From assembly GCA_951406725.2 (NCBI GenBank), contig OX597837.1, forward strand, positions 27,032,001 to 27,096,000: a stretch of DNA of 64,000 nucleotides. Direction: 5' to 3'. Under the pieces are notes generated by a model. It saw only the letters and a list, made by a program, of their open reading frames with translations, ran no database searches and was not told the DNA's origin. Both the position numbers and the translations under genes were made by a program. Of the stretch, positions 1 through 14,345 are shown piece by piece (position 1 is the first letter of the stretch; each line of letters starts with the position of its first letter). The DNA comes from Octopus vulgaris. Lineage: Eukaryota.

Positions 1-460
1 CTAGGCACATGCACCACAACCATATGTGCATGACATGGTGATCTCATCAAGATAAACAGCGCATGACCTTGCAGGCAGGGCCCAGTTAGAATTTTCTTCT
101 GGTCTAGTAGCCCATCCTACTCAAATGATCCTTGAATAAGGATTGTTTAAGGATGTTGAATGAACCACCCATGTTTCCAAAGGTGAATTATCCAAACCTC
201 TAAGAATTCCTTTCAACACATGGCTATGATGCTCTCCCACTACTTTTGCTCATGATCAGAGGTGCACATATTGTCAGCCACTAAGGGACATGCTCAACTG
301 GTTATGGTCAGACAACTGACAAGCAAATCAGTGGTATTGAGCAGAATACCTGCTGTAGCCCATCTTTTATACCAAGACAAAACAATGTACATGATTACAC
401 TTCCAATCAGTTAAGATCAGAAGCCATGAGAGTCAGTGCCTGGTACTGCATTAAGGCAGT
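1..460 (-). mobile_element. Family C (AAT)n-embedded non-coding element (cut by window edge)
   Basis: Matches 36943-37500; followed by (ATT)n. Confidence 0.85.
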
Positions 461-480
461 TATTATCATTATTATTATTA

Positions 481-526
<46 letters not shown>

Positions 527-900
527 GAGCTGGCAGAACCATTAGCATGCCGAGCAAAATACTTAGTGGTATTTCATCCATCTTCACATTCTGAGTTCAA
601 ATTCCACTGAGGTCGACTTTGCCTTTCATCCTTTAGGGAGGGATAAAAATAAGCACCAGTTGTGTACTGAGATCAATGTAATCAACTTATCCCCTCCCCC
701 AAAGTTGCTGGCCTTGTGTCAAAATTTGAAATCCTTATTAATTTTAAGGGGGCAAGCTGGCAGAACTGTTAGCAAACTGTACCAAAAAATGCTTAGTGCA
801 TTCTGTCCAAATTCTGTCAAGGCTGGCAGTTGAGTACCAGTTGAGTACTGAGGACTTACCCCCTCCTCCAATATTTCAGGCCTTGTGTCAAAATTTGAAA
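527..900 (+). mobile_element. Two degenerate SINE family B copies (further fragments near 23480, 29975(-), 30585, 37845, 38985, 39890, 40685)
   Basis: GAGCTGGCAGAA...CTGAGTTCAAATTCC...AAGTACCAGTT motifs. Confidence 0.7.
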
Positions 901-964
901 TCACGTCGTCATCATCATCAACATTATCATCATCATCATCATTATTCATCATCATCATCATCAT

Positions 965-1210
965 CGTTTAGCGTCCGCTTTCTATGCTAGCATGGGTTGG
1001 ACGGTTCAACTGGGGTCTGGGAAGCCAGAAGGCTGCACCAGGCCGAGTCTGATCTGGCAACGTTTCTACGGCTGGATGCACTTCCTAATGCCAACCACTC
1101 CGTGAGTGTGGTGGGTGCTTTTTACATGCCACTGGCACAGGTGCCAGACGGGGCTTGCAAACGGCCACGATTGGATGGTGCTTTTTACGTGCCACCGGCC
1201 ACGGGGGCCA
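965..1210 (-). mobile_element. Retroposon family D with (ATG)n tail
   Basis: Abuts (CAT)n; shares GGATGCCCTTCCTAA and ~50-bp internal repeats with copies at 19455, 26008, 29579, 47325(+) and 51245. Confidence 0.8.
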
Positions 1211-1254
1211 TATTAATATTATTATTAGTATTAGTATTATTATTATTATTATCA

Positions 1255-1310
<56 letters not shown>

Positions 1311-1555
1311 GTTATTATTATTATCATTATCGTTATTATCATCTTCAGCATCATCATCATCATTATCACCATCATCATATGTTTGTGTATGTATGTTTTT
1401 CTAGGCACTTTAGTTAACATGAAGCATAACACATGTTGTGTCCTGTTGTAGCCAGCACTGCCATTTTCCATGTTATATTTCTGTAACTTGGTCTTTATAC
1501 ATTGCTAGAAACATAAGCTGTACACCCATGTACTACACCTTTTAAGCTATTTTAG

Positions 1556-1577
1556 TGTCTGTCCTCATATATTACCG
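1556..1577 (+). CDS. Candidate 22-nt microexon (CLSSYIT+G)
   Basis: TTTTAG acceptor and CG|GTATGT donor. Ends in phase 1, compatible with 4491 or 49261. Splice signals only. Confidence 0.25.
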
Positions 1578-1644
1578 GTATGTATGCATGTCCCCCTTAG
1601 ATTTGTTTTACTTGCAACTATGTCCCGCTCTATCACCATCCTCA

Positions 1645-1645
1645 C

Positions 1646-1728
<83 letters not shown>

Positions 1729-1814
1729 GCATCAGCATCAGCATCATTATCATCATCAGCATCAGCATCATTATCATCATCATCATCATTATCATCATCA
1801 TCATCATTATTTTT

Positions 1815-1873
<59 letters not shown>

Positions 1874-1957
1874 TATTATTATTATTATTAGTATTATCAT
1901 TATTATTATTATTATTATCATCATCATCATCATTATTATTATTATTATTATTATCAC

Positions 1958-2035
<78 letters not shown>

Positions 2036-2050
2036 CATCATTATAATTAT
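1645..2050. repeat. Compound (ATT)n/(ATC)n microsatellite
   Basis: Direct inspection; source of the poly-I/L/S/N/D ORFs. Confidence 0.95.
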
Positions 2051-3221
2051 TAATCCTATTCATTATAACTGCATGTGTTTTGTGTTGGTGTTGATTTTGT
2101 GTTGTTTATAAGTGGAAGTCAGAGTAACCCCCCCCCTCACCGATATTGTCTGCTCAATAAATATTGGGTTTTTTTGAGGGTTTTTTTTTCGAAAGAAGCG
2201 TTATTTATATCACCATTGTCGATGCCACAGCCACTACTACTACTACCACCACCATCACCACCACCACCACCACCATTATCATCACTATCATTTCATCATC
2301 ATCATCATCATCGTCATCATCACCACCATCATTTTGATTAAGTACTATAGGTTTGGTATTGTTATAGCTAGAACCACATAAGCCAAGTGTTGCCACCAAC
2401 ACTGGTGCCAAAAAATAGTGAAAGAAGAAAATACTTTGAAAAACAACAAAAGCTCATTATGACCCTTGTATGAGTTTATTAGCATAGTTTTCCACTGCCT
2501 AAAACAGAATAATTTTTTTCTGTATTTACCTCAAGGAAAGCAACATTAATACATAACATTAAATACACATTGTATTCTATCTTTAAAACTAGAATTAACA
2601 GGGATTAATGCTATGATGAAATATTTTGGAATTAATTTCATAGATAGTAATAAGAACTTACTATTTCTCTCCCCTCTATAGGGGGTGCCCAAATTTTTTA
2701 CCTTTTCTATTAAAACACATCATCCCTACTCCCAAAATACAACAAAAATGGCATCTTTGTAACTACATAATATAAGATTTAGGGACAATGTTTACAAGGA
2801 AAACAGTTTCTCTGGTGAAGGAATGCAGTTCAAAAAATATTATTCCACGTTTAGCAATAGTTTTTATAATTAAGAACTTCATCGTTAAAATTAAGAAATT
2901 TTATTGGTTTCTTTCTTAGATAAAGATAAAATTTCGTTTGATTTCTTTATTTTCTAATTTTTAAATTTTTTTTTCATCATCCAGTTTTTGCCCAATTTGG
3001 TTCGCTAAAAATGGTGCGGTTATTGGGAGGTGAATTATAGAATTTGGAGATCAGATTTGCAAAACTAGAAAAAAATTTTTGGAATGTATATATATAAATT
3101 CTCTCCCCTTTTTATGTTTAAGTCAAGAATTAAGTATTCAGAATCTTTGAATTTGTCTGAGAAGAAATTTTCTCCTCTTTGAGGACATATTTCCCTCCAG
3201 GAACAAACTGTTTTTTGTATG

Positions 3222-3269
<48 letters not shown>

Positions 3270-3279
3270 CATATATATG

Positions 3280-3317
<38 letters not shown>

Positions 3318-3374
3318 AATGTCAAACCATTAGAATGAGTGTTCATCACGACATTCGTGGATACAGATTTTCAT

Positions 3375-3427
<53 letters not shown>

Positions 3428-3510
3428 ACATATACATATATATATATATATACGTATATATATATGTATATATATATGTGTCTGTATACGTATATGTGTA
3501 TGTATATATG

Positions 3511-3568
<58 letters not shown>

Positions 3569-4490
3569 GCAAGAAATATTGTTATAAATTAAATTTCATT
3601 ATTCTTAACTGATTCTTTTGAATTCTTAGGATTCAAAAGATTAAATAGAATGGTTTTAGACACACACACACATATATATACGCATGTATGTGTATGTATG
3701 CATAGTCAGTAGGAATTTAATATACTTAATGTTACTAATTGAAATGTCACAATTTATTTCAACCTATTCTGTTTTCTCTAACTCATTATGACTTGATGAC
3801 AGTTTTTATTTTGTAGTTTACTAAAAATCAAACTGAATTAACCACAATTAACTAATTAGTTGATTATAATATTATGTAGTGTTGTCATTAATTAACTACA
3901 ATATTAGATAAATGTTAACGATGTTAAAAAATAATTATTTTTAATGTAATATGGTCAACTATTGTTAAATTGGTAGATAATGAAAATGTTTTTGGTAAAT
4001 TGTATTAAAACAAATATAGCTTTGAAGGAGATGATATTTAAGGAGTATCAAAGTATTTTATATATACACTCATACATTTACATATATATACATACATTTA
4101 TGCACTCCTGCATTTTTACGCATACATATATATACATATACGCATACACACATATATATACATGCACATGCCTACATAAATATACACAAGAGCCAACATG
4201 TATGAATACATATGTGCATATAGATACGTGCATACATCCATACACATATGCACATAAATATAATAAATATATACATAAGTTTACAGCTCACCAATTTATG
4301 AAAGAAGAAACAAAAATGAACAAAAATTGCGGGGAATTTTACATTCTGACCTCTTGAGGAGAAATAAATATTTTTGAAGTATGAACCGGAGTTGCTGAGT
4401 GAAAAAGTTTGTTATTCTATGAGATTAAACTCTAACGAACCAATATTAATACCAAGTTTGCTTCTAATCCACAAACTTTTTTTACTGCAG

Positions 4491-4553
4491 GGAAGATGAA
4501 TAACAATACTTCTCTAAAAGGAGTCCCTTCTACTTGGATAGATATTAAATCAC
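4491..4553 (+). CDS. Candidate 63-nt symmetric cassette exon (xKMNNNTSLKGVPSTWIDIKS)
   Basis: CTAAT branch-like motif, T tract and CTGCAG acceptor, AC|GTTAGT donor; open in phase 1-1. Confidence 0.25.
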
Positions 4554-5106
4554 GTTAGTCTAAAATTTGGGGAATGAAAATCAAAATTTCAATCAGAAAA
4601 CCAGGACAGAATCCCTTCTGTTATGTCTTGAATACAAAAGAATGTTTATATAGATCCTCTTCTGGGGGTTCCTAGACTCATTGACTTTGGAAAATAAACA
4701 GACTACTCTAATGAAAGGCTTACAATGGCCTGGTTAACAATCCTAATTGAAAGTAGCACAAGGATCTGTTGTCGTCAATGCTTCTGTTTATTATGGACAC
4801 TAAAACCATTACTATTTCTTGTTAATCTGGTAATTATGTTCTATTGTCTTGAAGATCACAAGACACTAGTGAATGTGTAATTTCTCTGTGGATGATCCTG
4901 GATATCCACTTTTGAAATTCTTGAGAAACAGATAAAGTTAATAACAACATCAGCTGATAGATATATGGAATTTGGGTTTAAATAATGTTCATATTTGACA
5001 GGTAAAAACTGCTTCACAAGCCAAAGACCTTTACATAAATGATATTTGCATCTCTCCTATTTGATATGAAAGTTGTACAAACACCAAGGTATAGTTGAGA
5101 ATGATA

Positions 5107-5327
5107 CAGTCGTGGCCAAAGGTTTGGAGCATTTAAAAAAAATTTTAATTGTTACGTCCAAATAGAATTCAATTCAAAATATACAATATATATATTTGGG
5201 CATTCAATGTAAAGATTTTAATTTTCGAACCTATGTTCCAATCTTTTGTCCAAGTAATGATATATTGCAAATTAAATGTAAAAATTCTAATTTTCAAACC
5301 GATGTTCCAAATTTTCGGCTATGACTG
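5107..5327. mobile_element. Tc1-type MITE
   Basis: TA|CAGTCGTGGCCAAAGGTTTGGAGCAT ... ATGTTCCAAATTTTCGGCTATGACTG|TA imperfect TIRs; no ORF. Confidence 0.75.
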
Positions 5328-5569
5328 TACATACAAAAAGTTCCCTGAGCATAGAATACTAAACCAGACTTTAAAATACATAAATTAGCAGTTGTAGCTT
5401 TAATCTTACAGCAAGACAATATCCCACAATGTATTGCTAGCACCAGTAATGGAAACGACAAATAAGATACTTGACAGGTTGTTGGGAATGTTTATTCTAA
5501 AGATATAAAAATGCACAAGATTTTGACACCAGATGAAAGCTTCTGTGAAAAAAGTATTACATCAACTGG

Positions 5570-7025
5570 TTACTCCAGATAGTCACATACTCTTCTTACA
5601 CTCCAGATAGTGGCACACCACCCAGGTACTCCATATTAGTGGCATACCCTTCAAATACTCCAGGTAGTTGCATATCCCTTACATACCCTCAAACACTCCA
5701 AGCAGTGGTATCTCCACATAAACTCCAGATAGTAGCACACCACCCTGGTACTCCATATTAGTGGTATACCCTTAAAATACTCCAGAGAGTTGCATATCCC
5801 TTATATACCCTCAAACACTTCCTCAAGCATTCCAAGCAGTGGTATCTCCACATAAACACCACCCAGGCACTCCATATTAGTGGCATACCCTTCAAATACT
5901 CCAGGTAGTTGCATATCCTTTAGATACCCTCAAAAAGTCCCTCAAACTCTCCAAGCAGTGTGGTATCTCCACATAAACTCCAGATAGTGGTACACCACCC
6001 AGGTACTCCATATTAGTGGCATACCCTTCAAATACTCCAGGTAGTTGCATATCCCTTAGATACCCTTCAAACACTCCAAGCAGTGGTATCTCCACATAAA
6101 CTCCAGATAGTGGCACATTCCCAAGGCACTCCATATTAGTGGCATACCCTTAAAATACCCCAGAAAGTTGCATATCCCTTAGATACCCCAGTTAGTAGCA
6201 TACCCTTCAAATACTCTAGGTAGTTGCATATCCCTTAGATACCCTCAGACACTCCAAGCAGTGGTATCTCCACATAAACTCCAGATAGTGGTACTTTCCC
6301 AAGGCACTCCATATTAGTGGCATACCCTTAAAATACCCCAGAAAGTTGCATATCCCTTAGATACCCCAGTTAGTAGCATACCCTTCAAATACTCCAGGTA
6401 GTTGCATATCCCTTAGATACCCTCAGACACTCCAAGCAGTGGTATCTCCACATAAACTCCAGATAGTGGTACTTTCCCAAGGCACTCCATATTAGTGGCA
6501 TACCCTTAAAATACCCCAGAAAGTTGCATATCCCTTAGATACCCCAGTTAGTAGCATACCCTTCTGACACTCCAGGTAGTAGCATATTCGTTAGACAGTC
6601 CAGATTAGTGGCACATGCTTCAGATATTCCAGATAATGGTGTATCCCTCAGCCATGCTATGTCTTTTCGCCCGATGTCTCTACATCAAACGTCTTTTCAT
6701 CCATGTCTTTTTGTCTGATATCTTTTTGTCCGATGATTTTTTTTTTGGCCAGCGACAAATCCTTTTAAAAAAAATTCTCACTGATTATTTGATTTTGATA
6801 TTTACCTTGTTTTCTAAAGAGTTTATCTAAAATTAGACTAAAAGTCATTGGACAAACTAAATCATCGGACAAAAAGACATCGGACCAAAAGACATGGATG
6901 AAGTGACATCGGCCAGTGAAATCAGACAAAAATTTGGACCATGCCCTCAGACAGTCCAGTTTAGTGGCATACCCCTTCAAATACTCCAGATAGTGGCATA
7001 TCCCTCAGACAGTCCAGATTAGTAG
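5570..7025. repeat. Higher-order minisatellite (~28-bp monomers in ~120- and ~180-bp units)
   Basis: Recurrent ACTCCAGATAGTGGCA / ACTCCATATTAGTGGCATACCCT / ACTCCAGGTAGTTGCATATCCC variants; interrupted by the MITE at 6652. Confidence 0.9.
6652..6943. mobile_element. Foldback-like MITE with ~15-bp subrepeat arms, inserted in a minisatellite
   Basis: Inverted arms of GTCCGATGTCTTTTT-like units; CCCTCAG duplicated at 6645-6651 and 6944-6950. Same family as 62883. Confidence 0.75.
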
Positions 7026-7167
7026 CGCCTGCTAAACATAGCAGCAGAAGTAAATACGTTTAATAATTGCTCAAAGTGTAGACAAGAATCTTAGAGGTCA
7101 AACGGGGACTATCCTAAACTACTGAGTTCTTGTTGATTATGTCAATACAGAACTATTGGACATGGGT

Positions 7168-7554
7168 GGAGGCGCAATGGCCCAGTGGTTAGGGCAGCGG
7201 ACTCGTGGTCGGAGGATCGCGGTTTCGATTCCCAGACTGGGCGTTGTGAGTGTTTATTGAGCGAAAACACCTAAAAGCTCCACAAGGCTCCGGCAGGGGA
7301 TGGTGGTGATCCCTGCTGTACTCTTTCACCACAACTTTCTCTCACTCTTACTTCCTGTTTCTGTTGTACCTGTATTTCAAAGGGCCGGCCTTGTCACTCT
7401 CTGTGTCACGCTGAATATCCCCGAGAACTACTTTAAGGGTACACGTGTCTGTGGAGTGCTCAGCCACTTACACGTTAATTTCACGAGCAGGCTGTTCCGT
7501 TGATCGGATCAACAGGAACCCTCGTCGTCGTAACCGACGGAGTGCTTCCATTCC
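7168..7554 (+). mobile_element. tRNA-derived SINE, family E, full length
   Basis: A/B-box-like head (TGGCCCAGTGG; GGTTTCGATTCC), TTCCA tail, TSD ATT(G/T)GACATGGG; near-identical copies at 30966 and 34039. Confidence 0.9.
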
Positions 7555-8104
7555 ATTTGACATGGGATGTTCATGATTAGAACATAAAAGAATTGTTAGA
7601 GATTATAAGGGAACATTTTTAAACATCCCTGTTAGTAATTTTAGTTTCTGCTACAAACAAACAGTCAAAGGATTCCATTAATATCTAGACTAAAGAGTAT
7701 TCGCATATTGTTGCAGTTACATTGAGAGAAAAAATTTTAAGAATCAGAGTTTTATATTTTCAGCACTTAGAGTGACTAATTGATCAAATTTTAATTAACG
7801 AATTAAAATAACTTAAAGTCCCTACATATTTCTCTCTCTAATTATATTTATTCTTCCATTTTCATTTCAGCATAATAATAAAAATATTTAAATAATAATG
7901 ATAATAATAAGATATTTTTGTAGGGGGACATTCAGCTAAAATTTTGTGTGTGTGTGTGTCTGTGTGCATGTGTGTGTATGTGCATGTGTATATGTATGTA
8001 TATATATGCATGTATATATACATACATACACACATACACACAATTATACGCATATACACAGATATACACACATATGCACACACAGACATACATACACACA
8101 AATG

Positions 8105-8142
<38 letters not shown>

Positions 8143-8475
8143 ATGTAGATTGTGTGGGTGTATCCACAGGCAAAAATATACATATCAATGTACTTAAAAG
8201 TGTGTATGTATGTACATATATGTATATGTTTGTGTATGTACATATATGTATATGGGTGTGTATGTATGGGCATATATGTAGACACATGCATATACATATG
8301 TATTATTTGCACATGCATATATAAAGAGAAAAAGAAGGAATATACATGTGTTCAAGGAAGTATATGTACATTTATATACACTGATTTTGATGTATATTTC
8401 ATATATACTCATACACAAACATCTATATGCAAAAATGATAAAATGTACATATGTATATATGTGTGTGTATATATG

Positions 8476-8569
<94 letters not shown>

Positions 8570-8720
8570 TACACATACATATGTATAGATTAATGTTTGT
8601 GTGTATAAATGTAATTACACATATCAATGTGTGTACATATGCATGCAAGTATATATGTGTATATGTGTGTGTGTAAATATAGAAATATATATATGCATAC
8701 ACACACATACATACATATAT

Positions 8721-8771
<51 letters not shown>

Positions 8772-8831
8772 ACATATATGTATGTATTTGCATGTGTATA
8801 TATATAGCATCTATGTATATTTATCTGCATA

Positions 8832-8896
<65 letters not shown>

Positions 8897-9283
8897 TGTG
8901 CATGTGTGTGTGTGTGTATGAATGTGTATATGTATAAAAGAATATTGTACTTTATTTGAAGCAATACAATGTGTAAGTGCTTTAGAAATCCTTTAAGCAA
9001 CTCAGATGTGGAGTTAGACAAAATATGTACAGCAATGCCAATAAAGAAAAATCAACAAAAAAATAGTGTTTTACCTTATATAGATTGCTATAATATTTTC
9101 GGGGGAAGCTTTCTCTTACCAAGATAAACCAAGATTAGAGATGTTTCCCAAAATATTATAGAAACATGAAACAACCTATGTAAGAGAAAACTATGCCTTC
9201 CTTTTCTCTGGCCTTACCTGACAATCATATATTTTATTTAACTTCTCACCTGCATTGCTTAAAGCTATTTCTTTTAAAACATT

Positions 9284-9325
<42 letters not shown>

Positions 9326-9816
9326 TATACGTGTATAATCAACAAGCATCCTTGTTGTTAGGGAATCTTTGCATTTGTGAAAATCTTGCTGTGACACAGA
9401 ATTCAAAACCTGCAATCTGTTTTCCAATGTGTTCCTTGTTCTTTGAGTTCCTTGGAATTTGGAAAATTATTGGACAATCTGGTGCACATTGATGACTTTG
9501 CCTTTACAGCAAAATATTCAGAAACAACGTTTCCTGAATGTGAGAGTGCCTGTATAAATAAGTTTGTAGTGTGTGTGTGTGTGTGTGTGTGTATGATTGC
9601 ATGTATGTATAAATATGTTTGTGTATATATATATATATATATATATATGCATATTCATGTGTATGTATATATATAAATATACATACATATATGTGTGTAT
9701 ACATGTATACATGTGCATGTGTATGTATATTTATGTGTGTAAATGTATGTGTATACATATATATACATATAATTATGAATGTACATATATATATGTGTGT
9801 ATATATATATACATAC

Positions 9817-9867
<51 letters not shown>

Positions 9868-10010
9868 CATAGACATACGCATATATATATTTATACAGAT
9901 ATATCTGTCCATAAAAATGTATAAAGATATATATATATATATATATACAACATACATACATGCACACATATGCACACACACACATACATACACACACATA
10001 TACACACACA

Positions 10011-10054
<44 letters not shown>

Positions 10055-10761
10055 AACATCAAGTCAGTATAGTGTGTTTTGATATTTTCTTTTGTTCTAT
10101 GTAATATTTATATATTTTATATATTTATTTTGTTTAGTGATAGAGGCTTCTTCTCTTTTATTCATCTCTCATGCTTCTTCGTTGGCTCTGTTTACATCCT
10201 GCTACCTCTACTTTTTATAGAATCAATGATAACAGCGCTACTAGAGGCGTTGGAAGCCGAGATAGGAGCTGATAGCGCTCAAACTGAGATAGGTAGGCAA
10301 AGATATATCGACCAGTTCTTTTTCTCATTCGCAATTCCATCCTATTCATCTTTACACCATCCTCCCAAAGGTATTCAGACGGACACTGTTCTAGAATCCA
10401 TTCTTATCTTGCCGAACCATTCTGCCTTTTCTTACCACTTATTTAGAGCTTCAACAATTCTCATCTTTCACCTAATAATTCTTTTGATTCCTTGAAAACA
10501 TTTCTATTTACTTCTGTTTTTTTTTTTTTTTTTTCCTCAGCTGGTATTTGTATAAACCCATACATGCATGCACACACACATATACATACACATACATACT
10601 TACATACATACGTGCATATACATACATGCAATTCATTCCAAGTGAAATGTTTAGGTTTACATGATGTCGGTTCAAACAGAGTAGTTCAAAAGATGTGGAG
10701 AGAAATTTTTATATGCATATTTATGTATATATATCATTATGTGTACAGTTGTACATGTGTA

Positions 10762-10968
<207 letters not shown>

Positions 10969-11405
10969 TTATATATATATATATTTATATATACATAAGT
11001 GTATATATATATAATTATGTGTGTATTTATATCGACATAATGGCATATATGTATGTGTCTGTATGTGCATAGTTATGTATATGTATCATTATGTGTATGG
11101 TTGTGCATATGTATGTGTGTTTCTTTATATGTGTGTGTGTGTGCATTTATACAGACATAGTTACATATATGTATGTGTATGTATATATGCATGCATACAC
11201 AGGGAACATATGTATCCTAGTTTCAGAGAGGCACCCCAACATCCCCACATATTGTGGAAACAAGAAGCGTTCGTTTCAGGAATTTCATCCAGCTTAAAAG
11301 AGATTTCTCAGAAAAAAACGTCTGATTCATGCCAGCATGGAAAAGCAGATGTAAAACACTGATGATGTTGATAAGTTGATAATGGTGGCATGTGAGTATA
11401 TATAT

Positions 11406-11472
<67 letters not shown>

Positions 11473-11475
<3 letters not shown>

Positions 11476-12068
11476 GGTGTTCAAAAAGTCTCACCACAGT
11501 GAATTTTTTCATCCTGTGCATACGCAGCTTGGCTATCACTGCATGAGCGGCCGAGTGTCAGCCATTGTCCCTCAGTCATTGTGTAACCTTCATCATGTCT
11601 ACATGCTAACCATTGAAGAACATAGATTTTTAGTTGAATGGGTGTTTCGAGCTGGAAACAAATACACTGATACTGTGAAACAGAAGTTCAGTGAAACTTT
11701 TCTAAATACTGTTGTTCCGCTTTGTGACACTGTGTGGGATTTGATAAGAAAATTTAGAAACATAGGCTCAGTGGAGGACGCAGCAAGAAGCGGTAGGCCT
11801 ACTATTCTCTCAGATGAAACATTCCCCAATATTTTTGACAAACTGTTGGCAAGCCCGTCAAAGTCCTTAAGCAAATTGTCACAGGAAACAGAAATCGGCC
11901 TAGGAAGTGCTGAGATGCAGTAAAAAAGAAATTAAATTTCAACACCTCTTATAAAGTTTTTTAAAGTCTTGTAAAGTTTAGTATATTCTTTTGTAGTCTT
12001 ATACCATCTTAGAAATATTTATTTTGCAATAAAAATACTTACTGTAGAGAGACATTTTGAACACCCTA
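11473..12068 (+). mobile_element. Internally deleted Tc1/mariner-superfamily element retaining an N-terminal HTH ORF (11603-11923)
   Basis: TIRs CAGGGTGTTCAAAAAGTCTC / GAGACATTTTGAACACCCT in TA context. ORF MLTIEEHRFLV...IRKFRNIGSVEDAARSGRP resembles DUF4817-type transposase N-termini; no DDE domain. Confidence 0.85.
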
Positions 12069-12072
12069 TATG

Positions 12073-12117
<45 letters not shown>

Positions 12118-12303
12118 TGTATATGGAAAAAAGTATTGAAAAATTGAAACACTAACAACAGAACCAGGAGCAGATTGAAGATAAATACAAAATAAAATAA
12201 ATAGAAGCAGATCTAATGATTCATTTAATTCACTTTATTAAAAGCAAAATGTAAAAGCATAAGTGAAAGAGAAGAATAGAAATGATAGCAAATTGATGAA
12301 ACT

Positions 12304-12682
12304 TGTTCACATTGCAGGCATGGTGTAAAAAGACAGGCACCGAGATAGTAGGGATATATATGTATTTGTATGTATGAAGCTATTTAGAGAGAGATATAGA
12401 TATAGTAGATATATAGGCATGTGTATATGTGTGCGTTTGTGTATGTATATATACATAAGTATATATGTGTATATGTATATATGTGTACATATGTGTTCAC
12501 ATTGCAGACATGGTGTAAAAAGACAGGCACCGAGATAGTAGGGATATATATGTATTTGTATGTATGAAGCTATTTAGAGAGAGATATAGATATAGTAGAT
12601 ATATAGGCATATGTATATGTGTGCGTTTGTGTATGTATATATACATAAGTATATATGTGTATATGTATATATGTGTACATAT
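12304..12682. repeat. Near-perfect ~190-bp tandem duplication
   Basis: TGTTCACATTGCAG(G/A)CATGGTGTAAAAAGACAGGCACC starts at 12304 and 12494. Confidence 0.9.
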
Positions 12683-13150
12683 ATGTATGTGTGTTTGTAT
12701 TGGTGGATGTGATGTCTTTTCTTTGGCCTTCAACATGTGATAGGTTTGTAGCAGTAATATGACATATGCAACACAGGTTTCAATCCTCAGCTAGTGTTGA
12801 TATTGTTTTCAGCTGAGTGGGACAAACATGAAAGGAAGTGTTTTACTCAAGAATACAACAAACCATTTTGCATAGGAATTTAAAACCAATGCCTTGTGGT
12901 CATGAGCCACACCCTCTAACCACTCTCTTCTGTACATTCACATAGACATACCTACATACATATGTGTCGGTGTATTTGTGTGTGTGATCAATTACATACA
13001 TATGACAGTATAGTACTTCACCTGTCTACTTACACTACACCTAATTCTCATTTACATTACTCCAACTATCGATGGGAGAACCTGGAAAAAACTACATAAA
13101 GTCAGAAACAATGAAAGTCACAATCAAGCTTCTATTTGTAGAAATTAATG

Positions 13151-13242
<92 letters not shown>

Positions 13243-13939
13243 AGATAGATATGAGTGTGTGTATACACACGCACACACATATATATATGTAAAATGAAAT
13301 ATGTGGCTGCAGCATAGCCAAATGGTTACAAAATTTGTTTTGCAATCAAGAAGTTCTAGGTTCAGTCCTTTTTTGCCAGACTGTAAAGTTACAGAGACAT
13401 AAACAAACCAACACAGGTTGTCAAACTGTGGTGAAGTCAAACACATGTACAAACACATATACACACACATACATATATACGAGGGGGTTTCTTTCAATTT
13501 ATGTCTATCAAATCCACTCACAAGACTTTGGTTGTCCCAGGGCTATAGTAGAAGATGCTTGCCCAAAGTGGCAAACAGTGAGATTGAACCCAGAACCACA
13601 TGACTATGAAACAAACTTTTTACCATCAGCTTTACTTGCACCATCTGAGCAACATTTTCACAAAGTGGACAACATGAGACATCACTCACCACACTGGCTG
13701 CACTACTAAAAAATTTAAGGCCATTTTTCATTGGCCCGTCATTCAGAAAGTCTTGCAGAACTGCACTTTTACCATGATTGCTCAATGTTATGAGTTTAAA
13801 ATCTAGAGCATATACATCCAGTTATTATTAAACATCATTATTTCTACTTATTCAAATTGATTAAAATCCAAACTAAAATAAATGAGAAATCTAGAACTGC
13901 TTCCTATTTGACTGATGTGAATTTGGTCAATAAATCATA

Positions 13940-14345
13940 CTTTACTCTTTAACTCTTTTATTCTTTTATTTGTTTCAGTCATTTGACTGCAGCCATGCTG
14001 GAGCACCACCTTTGGTCAAACAAATTGACCCCAGAATTTATTTTTTTGTAAGCCTAGCACTTGTTCTATCGGTCTTTTTTGCCGAATTGTAGGTTATGGG
14101 GACATAGACACACCAACATCGGTTGTCAAGCAAACACAGACACACAAACATACATACACACACACACACACACATATATATATGATGATCTTCTTTCAGT
14201 TTCTGTCAATCAAATCCACTCACAAGGCTTTGGTCAACCTGAGGCTATAGCAGAAAAAACTTACCCAAGGTGTCACACAGTGGAACTGACCCCAGAACCA
14301 TGTGGTCTGTAAGCAAGCTACTTACCACACGGCCACTCCTGCACC
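13940..14345 (-). mobile_element. SINE family A (tRNA-like head, internal (TA)/(TG) tract, GTAAAAGA tail)
   Basis: Dispersed ~410-bp repeat with more than 12 copies or fragments in the window. Confidence 0.85.

Noticed and set aside
997-1404. Recurrent ORF MDGSTGVWEARRLHQA... (also 19488, 26027, 29611) as a gene family
   Set aside because: These are translations of family D retroposon copies with inconsistent frames and ends.
7168-7245. tRNA gene
   Set aside because: The tRNA-like head continues into a repeated SINE body with a tail and TSD; no intact cloverleaf or terminator.
9340-9560. Possible exon or transposase C-terminal remnant on the minus strand (LENRLQVLNSVSQQDFHKCKDSLTTRM)
   Set aside because: Only vague resemblance; no TIRs or diagnostic motif.
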